A DNA stretch of 46,409 bases from Octopus bimaculoides (GCF_001194135.2 NC_068984.1:41580532-41626940), one strand, 5' to 3'; positions 1-13,980 are shown, counted from the stretch's first letter. Notes: generated by a model from the letters alone, not told the origin. Numbers and translations: made by a program.

Positions 1-199
1 GTGCAAGCTCGTATGTGTGCACGCTCATATGTGTGCATGCACTTATGTGTTCGTGCTTATATGTAAGTATGTGCGTCCATATGTGTGTTTGGAACAATTT
101 CGTTTATATCAGATCAGATAGAGACTTTTTAATTAATTTATTTACGTTCATATTCCGCATCATATGTGTGAACAACACATGCAACCATGGGCAATTGTA

Positions 200-425
200 A
201 GGCCCTCATCTACGTGTATTTGGTGTTTAAAATTGGTTGCGTTTCAGTTATGAGGACTGACTCCTGTATTTGTCGCAACAATGCGTCACCGGGGTGTCTA
301 GACAAGATTTCTATGCTAATTCTGTCCAGTACACCACCATGTTGTTCTTTGGCATGCTGGTAGAGCACCGAGGTTTGTTTTTGATTATTATGGTCCCTCC
401 AATGTTCGAAACAACGCCAAAACAA
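200..425 (-). mobile_element. Penelope-like element, GIY-YIG endonuclease C-terminal fragment
   Basis: The minus ORF RCFEHW..SVLYQHAKEQH..IEILSRHPGDALLRQIQESVLI..PILNTK fits the PLE endonuclease tail pattern R..EH..S.L..H...H..R.I.E...I....P.LN. Confidence 0.7.
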
Positions 426-900
426 TGCCAGATCATATATTCAAAATAAAAGTTGTTCAAATCCACCAAGCTGCAGATTCCCATGATTTCAACTTACATG
501 CTATTTAGCCCATGGCTGGGGCCCTGACATGTACTACTACTCTGGGTCAGACTAGACATGGGAACAAAACTGGCTTTGAGGCAGTTCCACATTCTTCAAA
601 ATCTTGGGACTCCTGAATCAGGACTCCACTACTGGATGCAGTTTAGCCATACCATAATAAATATACTTCATGACCTACAAAAGATGAACTTTTATCATGG
701 CTGAAAAAAATAATCTCAGACTACATCATATGTATTTTGTTTCTTTTGTAATAGTGCGATGTGAGGGAGATTTGGTTACTATTTCTACCTGCTTTAGCAA
801 CACTGTAGATGTGTAGAGACATCCATGTTAGTTCATATTCATTTGCGTTTCTTTTATGAGTTTATACTGTAACTTCTGTTCTTGAAATATTTTCATCTAG

Positions 901-1061
901 ACAGGGAAGTTATGAAACATCTCCACTTCTTGGACGATACTGTGGCCAGAAAATACCTCAATTACTATTATCTCACAGCAATCATTTGCGAGTTACACTG
1001 GTAAAGAGATATTTTCGAAACGTAAAAGGTTTTAAAATTCTCTATGATTCATTGACCACAG
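901..1061 (+). CDS. CUBN: Exon 1 in window (phase 2-1), second half of CUB6
   Basis: Acceptor tttcatctAG at 899-900. Translates (R)QGSYETSPLLGRYCGQKIPQLLLSHSNHLRVTLVKRYFRNVKGFKILYDSLTT-G. Donor is CAG|GCAAGT (GC at 1062-1063). Confidence 0.88.
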
Positions 1062-4000
1062 GCAAGTATATATATATATATATATATCATCATTTTAGAT
1101 GTGGGATTATCATTTTAGATGTGGGATTAATTGATAAAAAAGGATCTTCAGAGGCTGGGCTTCACTGGGGAAATGACAAAGGACTGGGAGATGTGGTAAT
1201 TTGGTGTACTTGATAAGACATGTCAAGCTAAGTGAAATCACTGTTATCCATAAATACAAACTTGTCCTTTACAGGTGATGGTGCCACATAAAATGCAGCT
1301 AGTGCTGTGTAAATGCACTCATGCCATAACATGTAAAAAAACACCCAGCACACTCTCTAAGGTGGTTGGCATTAGGAAGGGCATCCAGCCATAGAAACCA
1401 TGTCACAACAGACAATTGGAGTCTGGCCAGCTCGCTGGCTGGTCAGATCTTGTGAAACCATCCAGCCCATACCAACATGGAAAATAGACATTAAACAATG
1501 ATGATGATGTTAATGTATCAGTGACATCGTCAGCATTATTTTAATGTCCACTTTTTTTATGCTTGCATGGGTGAGATAGAATTTTCTTGAGGCAGGCCAT
1601 AGTTTTTTTATAAGTGGGGTGTAGCTGATAAAAAGAAAATGCTAAATTAAATTTAATAGGTTTATGTTTTTAATTAACTTGAGTCACAAAATCGAAAATT
1701 AAAATGAAACAATCAGAAGTAAAAAAGAAAACAAAATTCGACCACAACTAAAGTGAATGTCATACACATTGAAGGATTACAATAGAATAATAACAACATT
1801 TTTAAAAGTGAAGAAGAACTGCATTAATAATAATATAGATGCAGGCATGGCTGTGTGGTTAAGCAGTTTGCTTTGCAATCACTTAGCTTTGGGTTCCATC
1901 CCTTTGCACCATGCCTTGGCCAAATATTTTCTAGCATAGTCTCAGGCAAAACAATAGCTTGTGAATGGATTTACTAGATGGAAACTGCAGAAGATCATCA
2001 TTGTGTGTGTATCATTGTGATTATCTCCCACCACCTGACAACTGCTATTTGTTTGTTTGTGAGCTTAGCTGTTCAGGAATAAGAAACCAATAGAATAAGT
2101 AAAGTTGTAAGTATTTGGAGCAAATTGACTAACTAAAACCTTTCAAGTTGGTATTCCAGCATGGTTGCAGTCCAGTCACTGAAACAAGTAAAAGAATGAA
2201 AGAATTGTAAAGGTGTGTAATATGCACAATGAAATAGAGTCATTTTTCCATGAGGGGACAGCAGCAGGGGAGTATCAGTTACAATAGAGGAATAGTTTAA
2301 ACAAATTAGAGAGTATGTTTTCTAAGTGAAAGAATGCATTTTATCACAATGAATATATACATATTATATTATATGTTATATAAGTATTAACAACTTGGTT
2401 ATTTTCTATTATTAAGCATTGTTATTGTGTTCCTCTCTTCAGCTTTGAAAAAGTAGACCAATAATATTTTAATAGGCCATGTAGTTAAAAAAATTTTCAT
2501 AGCAATCATTTGGTTCCAAGTTAGATTTCATTGTGTGCTGTCTTGGCAGGTGTCTTCTACCATAATCTTGGACAGGCTATAAATCTTGTAAATAAAACTG
2601 GGTTCAAAGAATCTGTGAAAAAGCCTGTTGGATGGAGTGTGCTGGTAAACTGTTGTCTTCTTTAACACCACAATATGGCCCTTGTGTGCACTTAACAGGA
2701 TCCATTCAGTTGATAGCATTCAGCCCAGATCTTCATTCTAAGGATAATTTCCATTCATTCATCTTCCATTGCAACTCTTGCAAAAAAGGTTGTGACTAAA
2801 CTATATAAATAAAAATAATTGATTAGACAGAGACATTAGTGACAACAAATAGTCTCTTAGATGTATTCTATTTATCCTTGTTACGTATTTTTAAATGCAG
2901 TCACAGTGAACCATGCTGATTTTGGCAATTTCCAAATTTGAACATTGATGTGGAAAACTCAATCATCAGCATTTAACGTCCATTTTCCATGCTGGCATGG
3001 GTTAGACGGTTCAACTGGGACTAGTAAGCTGGAGAGCTGCACCAGGCTCCAGTTGTCTGTTTTGGTTTGGTTTCTATGGCTGGATGCCCTTCCTAATGCT
3101 AATTACTTTACTGAGTGTACTGAGTGTCTTTTACATGTCACTGGCATGGGTGCATCTCACATATCAATGTGTCTCCAGCATTGGCAATCACCATGATTCA
3201 TTTAGCTTGATTTGTCTTCTAAAGCATAGCAGATCACCAGATGTCTTGGCCACTTGTCATTGCCTCCTTGAAGCTCAACTTCTGAAGATCATATTTCATC
3301 ATCTTGTCTCATGTCTTCCTGGGTGTACTCATTCCACAGGTTCCCTCCACAATTAGAGATCAGCACGTCTTTACACAGCTGTCTTCATCCATATATACCA
3401 TATAACCATGCCGGCACAGTTTTCTCTTTTGCACACTACGTGTGATGCCTCTTATACCCAATTTCTCTCTTAAAACACTTACATTCTGCTGCATAAGTAC
3501 ACTGACATTGCACATCTAGTGGAGCATACTGGCTTTATTTCTTTCAAGCTTTTGCATGTCCTCTGTAGTCACAGTTTGTGTTTCGATGCCATGCAACATA
3601 GCTGTTCGTACACAGGCATCATACAATTTGTCTTTCGCTCTGAGGGAGAGGCCCTTTGTTACCAACAAAGTTTGAAGCTCTCTGAACATTGCCCAGCCCG
3701 TTCTTATTCTAACACTTATGCTTTCAAAGCATCCTCCTCCACAGCTGATTTGGTTGCCTATCAACTATGTCCCCCACCCCCGAGGATTTGAAAAAGTCCA
3801 TTTTCTGTAAATTCTTAGTGTTTATTGTACTTGCACATCTGTCACACACAAGAACTACTTTTCTGTTAATCTTCCTGTGATACTGGCCTCATCTCTTATG
3901 TGTCCATAGCTTGTACGGAGTACACCTTATGGAGTTTCTGCCTATATCTTTTCTATGTATTGAGCAGGGCCATCTCCCTGAAGGGATTTGTGATTTATCT

Positions 4001-7000
4001 GTTTTCCTACTTACAAGGACTTTGGTCTTTGCTAGATTAACTCTAAGGCCCTTTAATTCCAGACCTTTCTTCCACACCTGAAACTTTTCTAGTTCTGGTA
4101 GTGATTCAGCTATAAGGACAAGGTCATCAGCATAGAAGAGCTCCCAAAGGCAATCATTCTTAAGTTCCTCAGTTATGGCATGGAGGACTAATTTTGATGT
4201 AAGTGCTGGATTGGTAATAATACCACAATAGTATAGTTTAGTTTTTAAGGCCTGTGCATTTTAGATATTTTTAAAATCTATTTTTGGTTCATTAATTTAA
4301 GAATGTTTGTCTTCAGCAGATGTTCACTTGAGTAGTTAGCAATTTTTTCCCCATGACCATTACGATGTAGATTCTGTTGCAAAGGCACTTAGTTCTCGAA
4401 TAGCTCTTTCTCACTGTCCATAATACACACAGAAGGTTAAGATGAAAGATTAACTTACCGCTGTGACAACAGTAAAATTGAGAAGTGTTTTGTTAAGGCA
4501 TCAACTACTAATGGTGGGAATAATGTGTTATGCTTCAGTTTTCTATTTATAATTCTATATACAATTCAAATTATATGATCTCTTTTTCTTTATAAACACT
4601 AACATTGGTAATATTCTCAAAACTGAACTCCACCATGTTGAAATATCTAACATAGCTACTATTTAACTGATTATTTGCTTGCAGGATGTGGTGGAGAACT
4701 ATATGCAGAGTCTGCTACCATTGAATCCCCCCATTACCCACATAATTATTACCACCGAGCAGAATGCTTATGGCATATAAGAGTTGCTGCTGGCAGTCAT
4801 ATCATGCTTGTCTTCCTTGACTTCCAGTTAGAGAATTCTTGTGTATTTGATTATTTAGAGGTAAGTAATGACATATCATTGTTGTCATAGCTTCTACATC
4901 CATTTTCACTGCTTTCATGGATTTTCCAGCACAGCATTTTGCCATTTGTTGCTGTCTTTTGTCATCTTCTTCCTAATGTTTATCTTGAAATCATCTTTCA
5001 CCACTTCTTTGGTCTACCTCTTCTACAGGTTTCTTTTACTTGAATTGCTTGGCATTTCTTTACCCAAATGTCTTCCTACATATGTATTCCAAATCTGTAT
5101 CAGCACAATTTTCTCTCTTGTACCCTACATCTAATTCCTCATACCCAGATTTTCTTTCAGCTTATTTGAACTCTGTTGTTTATATACACTAATATAATAC
5201 ACCTAGTAGAACAGGCTCACCTCATTTTTTCTTAACCTTTACACATCATCATGGTCATTATGCATGTTTTGCTACCATGTAACTTCATGTTTCTTACACA
5301 AGCATCATATAATTTACTTTTCACTTGGAGAGAGAATTTCTTTATTGCCAGCAAAGGTAATAACCTCCACTCTACTCATACTCTGGTTACTATATTTTTG
5401 AAACCCCTTCTTTCACAGCTAATTAGCTTACCTAGGCAATAGAAACTATCAACTACTTTTATTGAGACTTCTGGACATTTAACAAATTTATTTTATAGGT
5501 ATGTTGCTGCTAACTACTCATGTGCATCTGCTTCTCTTTCAGTCTGTGTTTGATTCTAATTTACCCCTTACACATCCATAATTTGCATTAGGAATTTGTA
5601 TAGAATTCAAGCTTCCACTTTTTATGCACAATAAACATGGCTATTTCTTAGCAGGAAAAAAGGCAGAATTCTTGCCATTCTTATTGTCAGTCAACTAAAA
5701 CTCTTGATTCTAAAGTTTCCTTCCATGTTTAGAAAATTTTCTCTGATTCTTTCATGGATTCAGCTATGAGAACTAGGTTGTTGGCATACAAGCAGTCAGT
5801 CTTAAACTCTTCTGTTATGGATGTCACACTAGATTCTTCACTGAAGTTGTTTGTAATTCTCATCTTTTTGATGGTATACAAGGCCCTTGCAAGCCATTCA
5901 TCTACACTGAGTTTTCTTAGTGACAGTTAAACTGCAGAGCATTGTTCCCTTTCTAAGGCCTTTTCCAGGTCAAGGAATTTTAGCTTGCTCTTTGCTGTAG
6001 CCCCCTTCTTTTGGAAGAAGTGGTAACTTGTTCTTGTACCTCCCAAACAACAAATCATTTTTGGCTAATTTTGTTCCAAATTACTTTGTGCTATAACACT
6101 TTTTGCTACCCTTTCTGCTACTGTTTTTGAATCTATTTTTTTTCAACAGTTACATTGTGAAAGAGCTATTGTAGCCATCTAAACACACATGAAAAATGTT
6201 TAATTCAATTTTCATTGATTTTGCAATGTGTCAGATTCAGATATAAAATAAATGAAAAATCTTAACAATTATAACAGTTTTTGTGTTATTTGAAGTGGTT
6301 AAAATGGCTCTCCCACAATGTAACTGCTTCAGTTTTAACACATGATCTCTAGTCAAGTCATATGCTTGACAAGTACAACTCTGAAAATATTTTTTACCCA
6401 GTCTGTTATAATTTAGTTATGATTAGTTATAATGTCAGGAAGACACATTACCATTTCTAAAATTACATTGTGATGAGTGTATATGTTTGTAATTTATGTT
6501 CATTTCTGTTTGATTTTATCAAATAATATGGAGTTATAATTATTTATTGGCAGAATAATATCTTTACATGTCTTACTTAAAAAAATATTTATAACCCACT
6601 ACACTTTTGGAGTGGTTGGCATTAGGAAGGGCAACCAGCTGTAGAAACCAAGCCAAAATCAGACTGGAACTTGGTGCAGCTCTCCAGCTTACCAGTTTCA
6701 GTCAAACTGTCTAATCCATGCCTGGCATGGAAAGCAGATGTTTGATGATGATTTTGTGAACAAGTATTGTTGTTTATAGGCGTCCAACAGCCAATCAAAT
6801 GTTCACTGAATTTCTTATGGTAAAGTTAATTTATATGGGAATCTTTATACAATACAGAATAAATGCAGAGGTGAGTTGAATGGTTTGACCAGAGGACCAT
6901 GTTTTGGTCCAATGTCTGCTTTGGCATAATTTCTATGGTTGGATTTCCTCTGCAATGCCAATCATTTTACAGAGTGTATGGGGTCCTTTTTGCATGACTC

Positions 7001-7806
7001 CAGCACTAGTAGGGTCACTGCATAGCTTGCAAGATTAAGGTCCCTGAGTAAGATTACAGTAGAGAGGGAAATGCTTATGGTAGGTGATGAAAGGTTAGGA
7101 GTGTAAAGGAAGAGGCTGGAACAGGTTTCTTGCTATAGAGAAGAGAAGATATATGGGTGAGGATAAACCGTGGAGTACATAAGAAATAAAGATGGTGGTG
7201 ATAAGGTTTCAGGGTGGATCCTGGGTGAAGAAGAACAAGAAGAGTGGCTGGGTAGAGATTGTAGGTATGTATAAATTGAGTGAAGGATGGTTAGAAATGG
7301 GGTTGGGGTGGAAATATACTGGATGATAAACAAGAGTGGCAGCTGAGTAGAGGACAATGATAAATATGAGTTGGATGGTAGGCAGGAGAGAGTAGATAAT
7401 GGTTAATGATTTGGAAGAATATAGGGGAGAATAATGAATGGTAGGGGGATTGATCAATGATGCATATGAGTTGGGGGAAGTAGGTGCTGACAGGCAGCAG
7501 AGAAGGATGGGTGGGTAGGTTGCCAGAGTATGAATGGAGAAAAAGATATACAATGGGAGAATGAGAGATATATATGGTGATGTGTGCAAGCCAACAGGAC
7601 AGGGTTCAGTGGAGTGGGAGAGGAAGAGAGATAATTTGGTAGTATAGAAGAATGGCACGATTAAAGTAAACTGTGAGTGGAGGGGGACGATGTTAAGAAT
7701 GAAGGGTGAATACCAAGTGTAGTGGCCCAGAGCAGTGAGAAAAATTACTGATATCACAAAAAAATATAAAATATGCAGTCATATCCTCATTAATTACAGC
7801 AGCAGA

Positions 7807-7865
<59 letters not shown>

Positions 7866-9013
7866 TACACACATACACACTCCTTTGTTTTGATATGAAT
7901 ACAAAACCATTCTAACATTGCGCATACTGGTCAAGAATAAGGAAGACAGAAGCAGATAGTTTAAAACCACAAAAACCAAAACTGAAACCGTTTCTACTTA
8001 GAGTTATGACATTCACAGATTAACATTGTTGCTTTTTGATCCCAAACCATTTCTGATTTAGTAGACTTATGAAGATATGTTATTTTGTGTTTATCCCATC
8101 TTTCTTTCAAGTTCAATACTATATTATCCTGGATACATATCTTTCTATTTAAAGATGGAAAGGGTGTATTTGAGAGAGATTTGACAGATGTTTCCTTCAG
8201 GCCAAGTGACCACATAGGAACCCTTTCTTTGGTCTGGCTCAAGTTATGTTTATTGTTTTGGTTGTTTTACAGAGCTTCTTCTTATGTTAGTGAACCATAC
8301 CAATCTGTGAGTCTATATTAATCTGTAGTCTGGGTCTTTGAATAAGTTCTCTGACTATGGCAAGATTCACCAGTAGCAATAGAACATGAATTGCTGGTTC
8401 CTCTGTTGCTTGCCCAATGCTGCTTGTCCAATTCATGCCAAAATAGTATAAAAAATTGTTTAGACTGGTGGTGCTGGTGAAATGACTACTATAGTAATAT
8501 CAAAAGATTGTAATGTTAAAAGATGTGAATGCCCCAAGCTGGCAGAATCATTAGCATGCTGGGCAAAATGTTTAGTGGCATTATGTCCATCATTACATTC
8601 TGAGTTCAAATTCCACTGAGGTCAGCCTGTCATCATTTTGAGATTGATAAAATAAATACCAGTTACATACTGGGATTGATTTTAATTGACTCACCCCATC
8701 CCTGAAATTACTGGCCTTGTGACAAAATTTGGAATCAATATTAAAAGATGTGATGATGAAAATGATTTAGATTTTTGACAGTTGCTTTAAGTTTGTATTT
8801 TCATCTTTTCTTTTTTTACTCTTTAACTTGTTTTGGTCATTGAACTGCTGCCATGCTGGGACATCACCTCAAAGGGTTTAGTTGAACAAACTGATCCCAG
8901 TATTTAGTGCTTCTTTTTTTAGAGTTTAATACTTATCCTATCGGTCTCTTTTTCTCAAACTAAGTTATAAGGACATAAGCAAACCAGCACAAGTTGTCCA
9001 GTGGTGGTGGGAT

Positions 9014-9050
<37 letters not shown>

Positions 9051-12000
9051 TGTATGTGTGTATATATACACATATACAAAATGGGTTTCTTTCAGTTTCT
9101 GTCCACCAAATTTGCTTACAAGATTTTGATCGGTTTGGGGCTATAGTGCTAGACACTTGTCCAAGGTTCCATGCAGTGGGTCTGAACCCGAGACCATGCG
9201 GTTGAGAAGTAAACTTCTAACTACACAGCCATGCTTGTCCCTATCCAGTCACAATTCGGATTTAGAAATTTTAATGGGTCATTTTAAAATTTTTTTTTGT
9301 TTCATTTCTTTTATTTTTAGGTTCGCGACACAAACCAGTATGGTGTCAGTCTTGGAAAATTTTGTGGCGTAAATAAACCTCCAACCCTGACCTCGATATC
9401 GAATCGATTATTTATCAAATTCAGAACTGATGGATCTGTCTCTTATCGCGGTTTTAAAATAACCTACAACACTGGTAAACTTCCTTATATCATATTTATC
9501 ATATTTGTTTAATGATGTTGACAAAGTGAAGATGAAAGTGTTGCAAAATTTTCTTTTGAATTAGTTTTAACAGTAACTAGCAATGCATCCCAGTGTTGCC
9601 TGGGTGTTATGACCTACAGGCACATTGTATTATTTGCTCCTTTCTTATGGGCAGAATTGGCACCACTGATATATAGTTAATGGTGTAATGGAAGGGCAAG
9701 GGTACAGTTTTCATGGGCTTGCATGAAAGTGCTTTCTGTTCTTAAGAAGGATCACAAACTATGTATTGTTTCATTGTATAAAAGGGGGTAAATATGATTT
9801 TGTCCAGAAATCATTTTCAAAATTTTAATTTCCTCCCATCCTCTCCGCAATTTCTTAATTTGTAACTTTTTCGAATTTTTTTTTTCTTATCTATGTAGAA
9901 AAATACAGAGATTACGCATCTGGGAAATACATATATTTGTTATAGTTTAATTTTTTTTAAGAAACACTCAATGCTCCTTCCCCCACCTCACCCACCCATC
10001 ACCTACTAGCTTTCACTTTTGCTTGATGTTTCCTGCATGCGTAGAATTCTACTGAAATAGTAAACTTAAAAAATACCAGACCACCACCAGAAAACCTGAC
10101 ATGCTAGAAACAACAGGTAAACAACATTATTTCTGAAGAAACTTCTCTGCTTTCCAAAAAGCTAAAAGTGAAACATTGGAAGTATGTAGGTTTTTGAAAG
10201 TGGTGAGGTGATGGGCAAAATTCTTAAAGATTTGTACTCTCTGTTTTTTCTCCATGGATTACCAAGAAAAAAATATTTGAAACAAGTTAAAAATGAATTT
10301 GGTGTGGAGGAGAAAATGAAAATATTGAGAACGTGTTTTATGGGTGAAATCCTAATGTCCTGTATAGCAAACATAGGAATCAGAAGAAATTTAAGAAAAA
10401 AACAAGACGAGGGAAAATGGCACCTTGGACATGTTAGAAAGAAGAGGTAAAGGACAGAATTTCTGGGAAAACTTTCTTTTGAGTTTATATTGAAGATCAG
10501 GTTTTTAAATACGGTCATCACAAACACAAATTACAGAATAGAAAAAGATAATTTCATTTGGATTTGAGCTTTAAATTTGCTCATGCACACTGCAAGAAAT
10601 AACATAATTCGCACAGAAATTTTACCATGTGTGTGTGTGTGTGTGTGAGTGTGAGTGTGTGTGAAAGGAAGTTATTTTATGGCATTCTTTCGTTTGAAGA
10701 AGCAAAGTTGTCAACTCGACATATATGGGATCATATGGTTGTTAATTTCTGTAAAATTCTTTTAATTTCTTTATGCTTTGAAGAGAGCAAAAATTGAAAG
10801 AGAGGATAAAGTGAAAAAGCGACATTTGCTTTGAAGTGAGAGGAAAAAGTGAAAGATGTACATATATATGAAATGGATGAGTGTGTGTGTGTGTGAGAGT
10901 AAGTGTGTATGTGAGTGTGAGTGAGTGAGTGAGTGAAGGTGTATCTTGTCATGTATGAAATTTTTTGTATGTATGTGTGTCACTCACTCTCTCTCTCTCT
11001 CTTACTCACTCACACACACATACATTATCTTTCATATGCACATACGTAAATAGGCAGAGGTAAAGAATATGTACACCACCCATGTTTGGTGAAACCCTAA
11101 CCCTAAACACCAGGTGTGCATATTCTTTACCTTCATCCATAAATACATATGCATACATCCTTTTTGTGCATGAGAGAGAGAGAGAGAGGGTATTTCCTTA
11201 TAACATATAGAGAAATGGATGTCTTTTAATGAAATTATTTTAGTTGTGGCTTATTTTAATACAATATATATGTGTACATTTTCATAAATGTTTGTCCAAG
11301 TGGAATTCTGCGCATGCGTGAAACATCGGATGAAAGTGAAACATTAGAAGCAAATTGAAATATTATCTGAAAATGACCTCAAAATTGTGCAACCCGTGTA
11401 GTTACTGAGGTTATTTTAGTTGCAAAGAAGAATTGTTGAGTGAAAAACAGAGATAATAAGCAGTGGCTATGTTTCATTATAATTCTGAAAGTTGTCAACG
11501 AACTGTCATCCTGATCAGCTGTTTTGGTCGTTAATTTCTTTTAAAGTGAAAGAGAGAAGAAAGTGAAAAATGTATGAAAGTGTATATGAAATGGATATAT
11601 ATATTCTCACTATTGAGAAACTGCAACACTGAAGCAAATGCCAATACAAAAATATCTATACTCCAAAGAAGTTAAGAAGCAATAAATATAAAGTGTGATT
11701 TTTTTTAAAATGATACATTTATGATTGTATTAATTAAAATAAAGATAAATATATTCCAATTCATTGATCTCTGAGCTATGTAAAACATCAACAAAGATTA
11801 TTGCACATCTAAATAAAACTAATTTAAAAACAAACTCTACAGCTGAAATATGATCTATTAATGCATTGTTTTTGAGCCAGATGTAGCCAATGATATAGGT
11901 AATATAGGCAGAAAATATAATTTGACAACCATATAATCTGGAACATTAGTACAATACAAAATTTTACTGTGTTTATAAAACACATTGGCTTACAAACATT

Positions 12001-13042
12001 AAGGGAAAAACTCATCAGGGAATATGAGTTCATCTTATCAAAATTAAGATGACATGAAACTAGTTTTATAAAAGTCTGATAAATCAACTTATTTGATCTT
12101 GTTCTTTATTTAAACTAAATTGCTTCTGGGGTGTGCTGCTTGAATAAAATAAATTAAAAATGAAAATTAGAGAATGTTACTATTAAAACCACGTGGTATT
12201 GAAACTGTTTGAAGATCTTTTTATTTGAAAAGGAAAAAACATGCAAATCTTTTGTACCAATTTCTTTTAATTTGGCTCACAAGCTTCTTTTTTATTATGT
12301 TTCTACATCACATTCATTTTTTGTAAAGCGTCAGAGACCTATTATTGTTTCACTTACTATGTTGGTAGTTTTATAATGCTTGTTCTTGGAGTTTTGTTAT
12401 GCTTTAGCATTGAGTTTTTGGAAATTAGTAGAGAAGCATATTATATCAAATTTTACACTATGCCTATTATGGCATTTTAGCTTAGTGAAGAGAATTGATC
12501 ACATATTCAAGAATGTTGTCTTCATTGATACAAGTCAGTCATTGATAGACTTTTATCTTATACTTAGTGTCTTTTTGAAGCTAAATGTGTTTTGGTAATG
12601 TATCCTTATTTTGAACTAGATGTACAGCTTTAGGAATCGACCATATATCTGTTATATATCATTTACATTTTCAAAATATTTGTTGATATATTTCAGTATT
12701 TTTAACTGGGAGTGGAGGGAAGAGACATTGAAAAATAATAAAACTGATGGACTATAAAAAAGAAAAAATTTTAAATGGGAAAAAATTTAATTTTTCAGTA
12801 TGCAGTCAAATGGAATTAACAGATATAAGTGGAATTATAGAATCTCCAGGTTTCCCACAACAATACGGTAACAGAAATAATTGCACTTGGGTTATCAGAA
12901 CCATTTATCGGAATAATATCAGGCTTGAATTTTCTCATTTTGAGGTAGAACCAGGATTTAATTGCAAATATGACTATTTAGAAGTAAGTGAATTGTTTTC
13001 AGTTTCATTATATTTTGGATACAAAATAATAATAATAATAAT

Positions 13043-13094
<52 letters not shown>

Positions 13095-13935
13095 TTATCC
13101 TACGCAAAACACTTTCAATACAGTAGCCATAAGAGCATTACAGCAAACCACAGCACATACCCAAGGCATACAGAGCTGCGCTCGGTAGTGAAGTGAAAGC
13201 ACATTATAAAAATAAAACTACTGAACAATGATAATAATAATAATTGATAAAATCACTGACTCGCCACAATATAGGATGTGCTCTGAGAAGGGAAAAAGTA
13301 TAAGCCATATTGTTAGTGAGTGCTGTAAGCTCGCACAACACGAATACAAAAGGAGACATGACAATGTGGCCAGATATGTCCACTGGCTATTGTGCAGTAG
13401 AGCAAACCTCAAGAGAGCCGAATAGTGGTATGAATGCAAGCCAGAGGGAGTAATGGAAAATGAACATTACAAAATACTCTGGCATTTTAACATACAGTGC
13501 AACCTAGTCATAGAGGTGAGATGGCCAGATATGATCATCCATAAAGATGAAAAAGAAGCAAAGATAATAGATGTTGCAATACCAGTCGATTTGAGGGTGA
13601 AATGTAAGGAAACAGACAAGATTGTGAAATACCAGCCACTGCGGGACGAGATAGGAAAGGTATGGGGCATGAGTAAAGTAATGGTGATACCGGTGATAAC
13701 TGGAGCATTAGGAGCAGTTTTCAAGGGCTTTGAAAAACATATTAAGAATATTGGAGCTGCTGTCAGGCTCGAAGTGATCCAGAAGACAGCATTGTTGGGT
13801 ACAGTTTGCATTCTAAGGAGAGTATTGTCTCTTTGAGTCCCAGGAGAAGGCACTACTTGAAACCTTTGGTGATTTGTTATTGCCTGCTTTCAATTGAAGA
13901 ACAACCGGTAATTAAGAACTATCTGAGAGTCTTTC

Positions 13936-13980
<45 letters not shown>

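Noticed and set aside
901-905. Alternative acceptor ACAG at 903-904 for exon 1
   Set aside because: It would give phase 0 and remove two residues. The 899-900 AG gives R-Q-G-S-Y-E spacing that matches the RDGGYE of cubilin CUB6. Not fully excludable without the upstream exon.
7020-7760. 182-aa and 74-aa minus ORFs in a purine-rich block
   Set aside because: The strong strand bias (T/C-rich minus strand) avoids stops by chance and no protein motif is recognisable. It is probably a decayed repeat that I cannot classify.
7994-8242. Minus ORF with LKERWDKHK, reminiscent of a Penelope GIY-YIG
   Set aside because: Only one short motif; the GIY and YIG boxes are absent.
11305-11322. GCGCATGCG (NRF1-like) motif as a regulatory site
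   Set aside because: It is a single motif deep in an intron among repeat-derived sequence, with no CpG island or promoter context.
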